A stretch of DNA of 35,994 nucleotides from Rickettsiales bacterium (lineage in GTDB: Bacteria; Pseudomonadota; Alphaproteobacteria; Rs-D84): contig JAISGC010000057.1 of the NCBI GenBank assembly GCA_031263295.1, positions 1-35,994 of the forward strand, in the 5' to 3' direction. Within the stretch, counting starts at the first letter, position 1. Every line of letters starts with the position of its first letter. Below, piece after piece: positions 32,604 through 35,994 of this stretch. A program made the translations under genes and the position numbers. A model generated the notes under the pieces. It was not told the origin of the DNA. It searched no databases and saw only the letters and a program-made list of their open reading frames with translations.

Positions 32604-32993
32604 TGATTCGATAGTTATTTCACGGGCGGTTCCGTCTGCGGTTATGTTTATGAAAATCGTGTCTTTGGGCAGGAAGGGCAGGGCGAGTTCCGGCCATTCG
32701 ATTAAAACTATGTCGTGGCCGATTGCGTCGAAGAGGCCTATCTCTTCGAGTTCGGCCGCAGACTTTACTCGGTATAGGTCGAAGTGGGATATTCCGGGAT
32801 AGGTTTGCACGATTGTGAATGTGGGGCTCGGAATGTTCTGGTCCTTGGAAACCAAGGACTGGATGATTGCGCGCGAAAACTCGGTCTTGCCCGCGCCGAG
32901 GTCTCCGTTGAATGCGACGACCGAGTTGGGGCGCAACTTTTTTGCGAAGTCGGCGGCGAATTTCTTAAATGATTGTAAGTCTTTTAAAAGCAT
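32577..32993 (-). CDS. tsaE: tRNA t6A biosynthesis ATPase TsaE
   Basis: GDLGAGKT, PSPTFTIVQTY, HFDLYR, LIEWPE. Confidence 0.95.
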   Translation of the reverse strand: MLLKDLQSFKKFAADFAKKLRPNSVVAFNGDLGAGKTEFSRAIIQSLVSKDQNIPSPTFTIVQTYPGISHFDLYRVKSAAELEEIGLFDAIGHDIVLIEWPELALPFLPKDTIFINITADGTAREITIESLHGHHKQE

Positions 32994-32994
32994 G

Positions 32995-33071
32995 TTTTCC
33001 ACTACCCCGTATGTTCGCTACGCGCGCGGCCAGTGCGTGTTCGCCAGCGAAGGGGAATTGCGCTCTGGAAT
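32995..33071. repeat. REP-like palindrome family 2 (copy 2)
   Basis: TTTTCCACTACCCCGT...TTCGCCAGCGAAGGGGAATTGCGCTCTGGAAT; ends identical to 4587-4660. Confidence 0.85.
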
Positions 33072-33074
33072 AAA

Positions 33075-33470
33075 TCACCAATCATACAACTGGTAATCCG
33101 ATGTTTTTTCGATGTCGCCTTTGGTTATTATATTCGCGTGGTTCGGGCAGTTGTAGACATTCGCCGTTATGATATAAGACCGGTCCTCGCCGAAGAACTT
33201 CCATTCGCGCGGGCTGGTTCGCATCGAGACTATCCAGTATGCGTTGCCTTTTCGCGCCTGGTCCACGACGCGGTTTTCAAGGTATGCTATCGCGTCGTCC
33301 TTGTCGTAGACGAGCGCGTCCACTTCGAGCTTGTATAAAAACTGGCAGCCGATGGGCTCGTCTTTTAATTGGCGCAGGTATTTTGTTTCGGGCTTCGGTT
33401 CGATGAAGCCCGAACAGGCGGCCAGCGCGGCTAGCGCCGCCGGGCATAAAATGGTCAGTAGTTTTTTCAT
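33075..33470 (-). CDS. lipoprotein (DUF4156-like)
   Basis: MKKLL...LAAC lipobox; C.FL...LENR...KGN...ANVYNC pattern. Confidence 0.75.
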   Translation of the reverse strand: MKKLLTILCPAALAALAACSGFIEPKPETKYLRQLKDEPIGCQFLYKLEVDALVYDKDDAIAYLENRVVDQARKGNAYWIVSMRTSPREWKFFGEDRSYIITANVYNCPNHANIITKGDIEKTSDYQLYDW

Positions 33471-33514
33471 AGCATCAGAATTATATCATAAAAAATTATC
33501 CAGCCCAAGTTTCG

Positions 33515-33601
33515 CCCCCACCCAAGATTTTCTAGGCTCGCGGGTCTTGCGACCCTTGCTCGCCAAGAAAATCTATCCCGCCCCCATAAATGGGGGCAGG
33601 A
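33515..33601. repeat. REP-like palindrome family 3 (copy 2), overlapping the ispH 3' end
   Basis: CCCCCACCCAAGATTTTCTA...AAGAAAATCTATCCCGCCCCCATAAATGGGGGCAGGA. Confidence 0.8.
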
Positions 33602-34418
33602 AACGCGCAATCGCCGATTCGACTTCTTCAATGGAGTAATCCGGTGTGGACAGGCCCGCCGCAATGGCGCAATGCTGTTTCCCGTCGAACCATTCCGGCC
33701 GCAGTTCGGCCGCGTTTTCGACCTGAAAAATATCTTGGCAGAACGGCCCCGCGGCGGCCGCCAGCGCCTTGGTGTTCGATGAGTTCTTTCCGCCGATCAC
33801 AATCATTATGTCCGCCCATTTCGCCAATTCGGCCGCAGCCTTTTGGTTGTTTTGCGTCGCCGGGCATATCGTGCAGACGCTTTGGAAATCCTTGATTTTC
33901 TCGGACAAAAACTTTTCCGCCTCTTGAAACTCGTTTATCGGCTTGGTCGTTTGCGAAATCAGCGCGACGCGTTCCGGCAGGGCGATGCCCCGCAATTGGT
34001 CGACCGACGAGAACGCGAAAACATTCGCGGCCCGCCCTATGATTCCCAGCACCTCCGGGTGGTTCGTTTCGCCGAACAAAAACACCGCGCGTCCGGATTC
34101 GGAAAACTCGCGCGCCAAATCCTGGACGCGCTTCACATTCGGGCAGGTCGCGTCGATTATTTTGATGCCGCGGGCCTCCATCGATTTCTGTTCGGCCTCG
34201 CCTATGCCGTGCGCCCGTATCAGGGCAGTCCCTCCGTTTGGAATCGCGTCGATTTCCAGCGGCCCGACATCGAAGTCCCGCAGCAGGCGCGCCGTTTCGT
34301 GCGGGTTGTGGACTATCTCGCCCGCCGCGATATATGCGCCCGGATTATCCTCGGCCATTTTAATCGCCCGGCGGACCCCGCCGCAAAATCCGATAACTTT
34401 TGTCTTTCTAATTTCCAT
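33573..34418 (-). CDS. ispH: 4-hydroxy-3-methylbut-2-enyl diphosphate reductase
   Basis: GFCGGVRRAI, IVHN, RAHG, DATCP, HPEV, SQTT, TICPAT, SSNT, AGLSTP. Confidence 0.96.
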   Translation of the reverse strand: MEIRKTKVIGFCGGVRRAIKMAEDNPGAYIAAGEIVHNPHETARLLRDFDVGPLEIDAIPNGGTALIRAHGIGEAEQKSMEARGIKIIDATCPNVKRVQDLAREFSESGRAVFLFGETNHPEVLGIIGRAANVFAFSSVDQLRGIALPERVALISQTTKPINEFQEAEKFLSEKIKDFQSVCTICPATQNNQKAAAELAKWADIMIVIGGKNSSNTKALAAAAGPFCQDIFQVENAAELRPEWFDGKQHCAIAAGLSTPDYSIEEVESAIARFLPPFMGAG

Positions 34419-35481
34419 TCGCAAGAACCTTGTCTATTTCGGCGCACAGGCGGGCGAATATCCGGTCGTTCGGAATCGGAACCGGAGCGCGCCCTCCGAC
34501 GACGAGCATTCCGGTTTTGTCTTCCGCGGACGCGCCGTAGACGCCGACATCCACGCGGCCCGCCTCCTGTCTGTTCACGACGCAGCCCATGACCGCGACG
34601 GATGCGGCGCGCGTTTCGTCTCTATACTTTTCTTCAAGCATATTCGCGATTTTTATGACATCTATGCATTTTCGCGAACAGGTCGGGCACGAGACGATGT
34701 TCAGGCCGCGGCTCGACAATCCGTATGCCTTTAATATTTTTATTCCGGCGCGCGCCTCGTCGACCGGGTCCCCCGACAGGGAGACGCGCAGCGTGTCGCC
34801 GATTCCGCTCCAAAGCAGATGCCCGAGCGCCATCGCGTTTTTTATGCTGCCGTCCAGAATGCCACCGGCCTCCGTCACGCCGAGGTGCAGGGGATAATCG
34901 CATTTCGCGGCCAATTTCTCATAGGCCTCTATCGTCATTTTTGCGTCGGACGACTTGACGCTTATTTTTATATCCGAAAACCCGGCGTCTTCCAGCGCCC
35001 GCGATTGGAGCAATGCGGATTCGACCATGGCCTCCCCGCACGGCTCGCCGTATTTTTCCAGCAGGTCTTTTTCCAAAGATCCGGCGTTGACCCCTATCCG
35101 TATCGAGCATTTGTTCGCCTTCGCCGCCGCGACGACCTCGCGGACATTCTCCGCGCTTCCGATATTCGACGGGTTTATGCGCAGGCATGCGGCCCCGGCG
35201 TCCGCGGCCAGAAGCCCCATCCGCCAATCGTAATGAATATCGGCGACAATCGGAACCTTCGATTTGGGAACGATGCGGCGCAGGACATCCGCGGCCGATT
35301 CGTTCGGGACGGATATGCGCATTATGGAGGCGCCCGCGTCCGCGCATTCGTTTATCTGGCGCAGCGTTCCGTCGAAATCGTCGGGCGCGGCGTTCGTCAT
35401 CGATTGTATTGTTATGGGGGCGCCGCCGCCGACCGGCACATCGCCGACAAAAATCTGTCTTGTTTTTCTTCGCTCAATCAT
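34408..35481 (-). CDS. ispG: 4-hydroxy-3-methylbut-2-en-1-yl diphosphate synthase
   Basis: IQSMTN, ADIHY, RINPSNIG, RIGVNAGSL, PLHLGVTEAG, GIGDTLRVSL, SCPTCSR, MGCVVN. Confidence 0.97.
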   Translation of the reverse strand: MIERRKTRQIFVGDVPVGGGAPITIQSMTNAAPDDFDGTLRQINECADAGASIMRISVPNESAADVLRRIVPKSKVPIVADIHYDWRMGLLAADAGAACLRINPSNIGSAENVREVVAAAKANKCSIRIGVNAGSLEKDLLEKYGEPCGEAMVESALLQSRALEDAGFSDIKISVKSSDAKMTIEAYEKLAAKCDYPLHLGVTEAGGILDGSIKNAMALGHLLWSGIGDTLRVSLSGDPVDEARAGIKILKAYGLSSRGLNIVSCPTCSRKCIDVIKIANMLEEKYRDETRAASVAVMGCVVNRQEAGRVDVGVYGASAEDKTGMLVVGGRAPVPIPNDRIFARLCAEIDKVLANGN

Positions 35482-35583
35482 ACGCCCGGCCTTTTGCAAC
35501 GATTGCGATTATAACATTTTTTCCGCCGCCGCAAAAAATAAAGCAGTTGCCTGACAGGCGCATACTTTATTATAATGTTCGCT

Positions 35584-35901
35584 ATGGAAAGGTTCGAGAG
35601 TCTTGTTGGATTTTACGGCGCGGTCAAAACCATCGCGTCCGCCGTCTGCGTCGAGAAGGGCGGCATCGACATAGACAACTATGCCGGGCGCTTTTTTATC
35701 GCCGACTTGCTTGAACTTATCGTCGCATACGGCGAGAAGGCTGGCGCGAAAAACCTGGACGCCCTGCGCCGCGAATTGGCCGCCCGCGCCGCCGACATCA
35801 CTCCGACCAACAAGCCGATTTACGAGATGTCGCTTGAAGAGTTTGAGAAGTTTATAGGCGGCGGCTCCGCCGCCGAAGAGAATAAGAGAATAAGAGAATA
35901 A
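35584..35901 (+). CDS. hypothetical protein; C-terminus ENKRIRE encoded by a repeat
   Basis: codon style matches neighbours; TATAAT 7 nt before ATG 35584. Confidence 0.7.
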   Translation: MERFESLVGFYGAVKTIASAVCVEKGGIDIDNYAGRFFIADLLELIVAYGEKAGAKNLDALRRELAARAADITPTNKPIYEMSLEEFEKFIGGGSAAEENKRIRE

Positions 35902-35994
35902 GAGAATGGAACTTGTCAAAAGGTTTTTGCATAAAATAAAAGCGGCACGCATATTGCGCGCTCCATTCTCTTATTCTCTTATTCTCTTATTCTC
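35877..35994. repeat. octamer-armed hairpin (AGAGAATA), close homolog of 26360-26478, cut by the window end
   Basis: (AGAGAATA)3 AGAGAATGGAACTTGTCAAAAGGTTTTTG...GCTCCATTCTCTTATTCTCTTATTCTCTTATTCTC. Confidence 0.92.

Noticed and set aside
35584-35901. Last ORF as the four-helix-bundle or mobilising protein of the hairpins
   Set aside because: No recognisable family motifs, and it lies beside rather than inside the repeat arms

Overview
GC-rich (roughly 55-60%, by eye) housekeeping region of an alphaproteobacterium, probably a streamlined Rickettsiales/Rs-D84-like lineage (inferred from type-2 IleRS, type-B L36, the A-U variant initiator tRNA anticodon stem, a virB3-virB4 pair and shortened proteins). 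Genes: accC, accB, DUF721, queH, tRNA-Cys, nth, ileS, mnmG, mini-SufD, ychF, dnaG, topA, rodA-mrdA-mreD-mreC, rpmJ, a secreted HExxH protein, virB4-virB3, tRNA-fMet, DUF374-lpxK-like-lpxC, a lipoprotein, a GT-like protein, ftsQ, an ftsA-rpe fusion, secreted Cys-rich proteins, tsaE, ispH and ispG. The main feature is a dense population of about 13 long hairpins whose arms are tandem 6/7/8-mers (at least six unrelated units), placed almost exactly at stop/start junctions. Some appear to loop out and rejoin a Shine-Dalgarno with its start codon (ftsQ/ftsA) or a stop with the next start (topA/dnaG). Others are translated and supply C-termini, start codons and signal-peptide h-regions, and single arrays sit in frame inside mnmG. 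Also seen: an unannotated Ile4 leader-peptide attenuator before ileS, a C4-type antisense RNA architecture with no phage genes nearby, REP-like palindrome + Cys-rich secreted gene cassettes, several leaderless-looking genes, and an AT-rich duplicated region at a gene-strand switch. No database searches were run; all calls come from motif recognition in the sequence.
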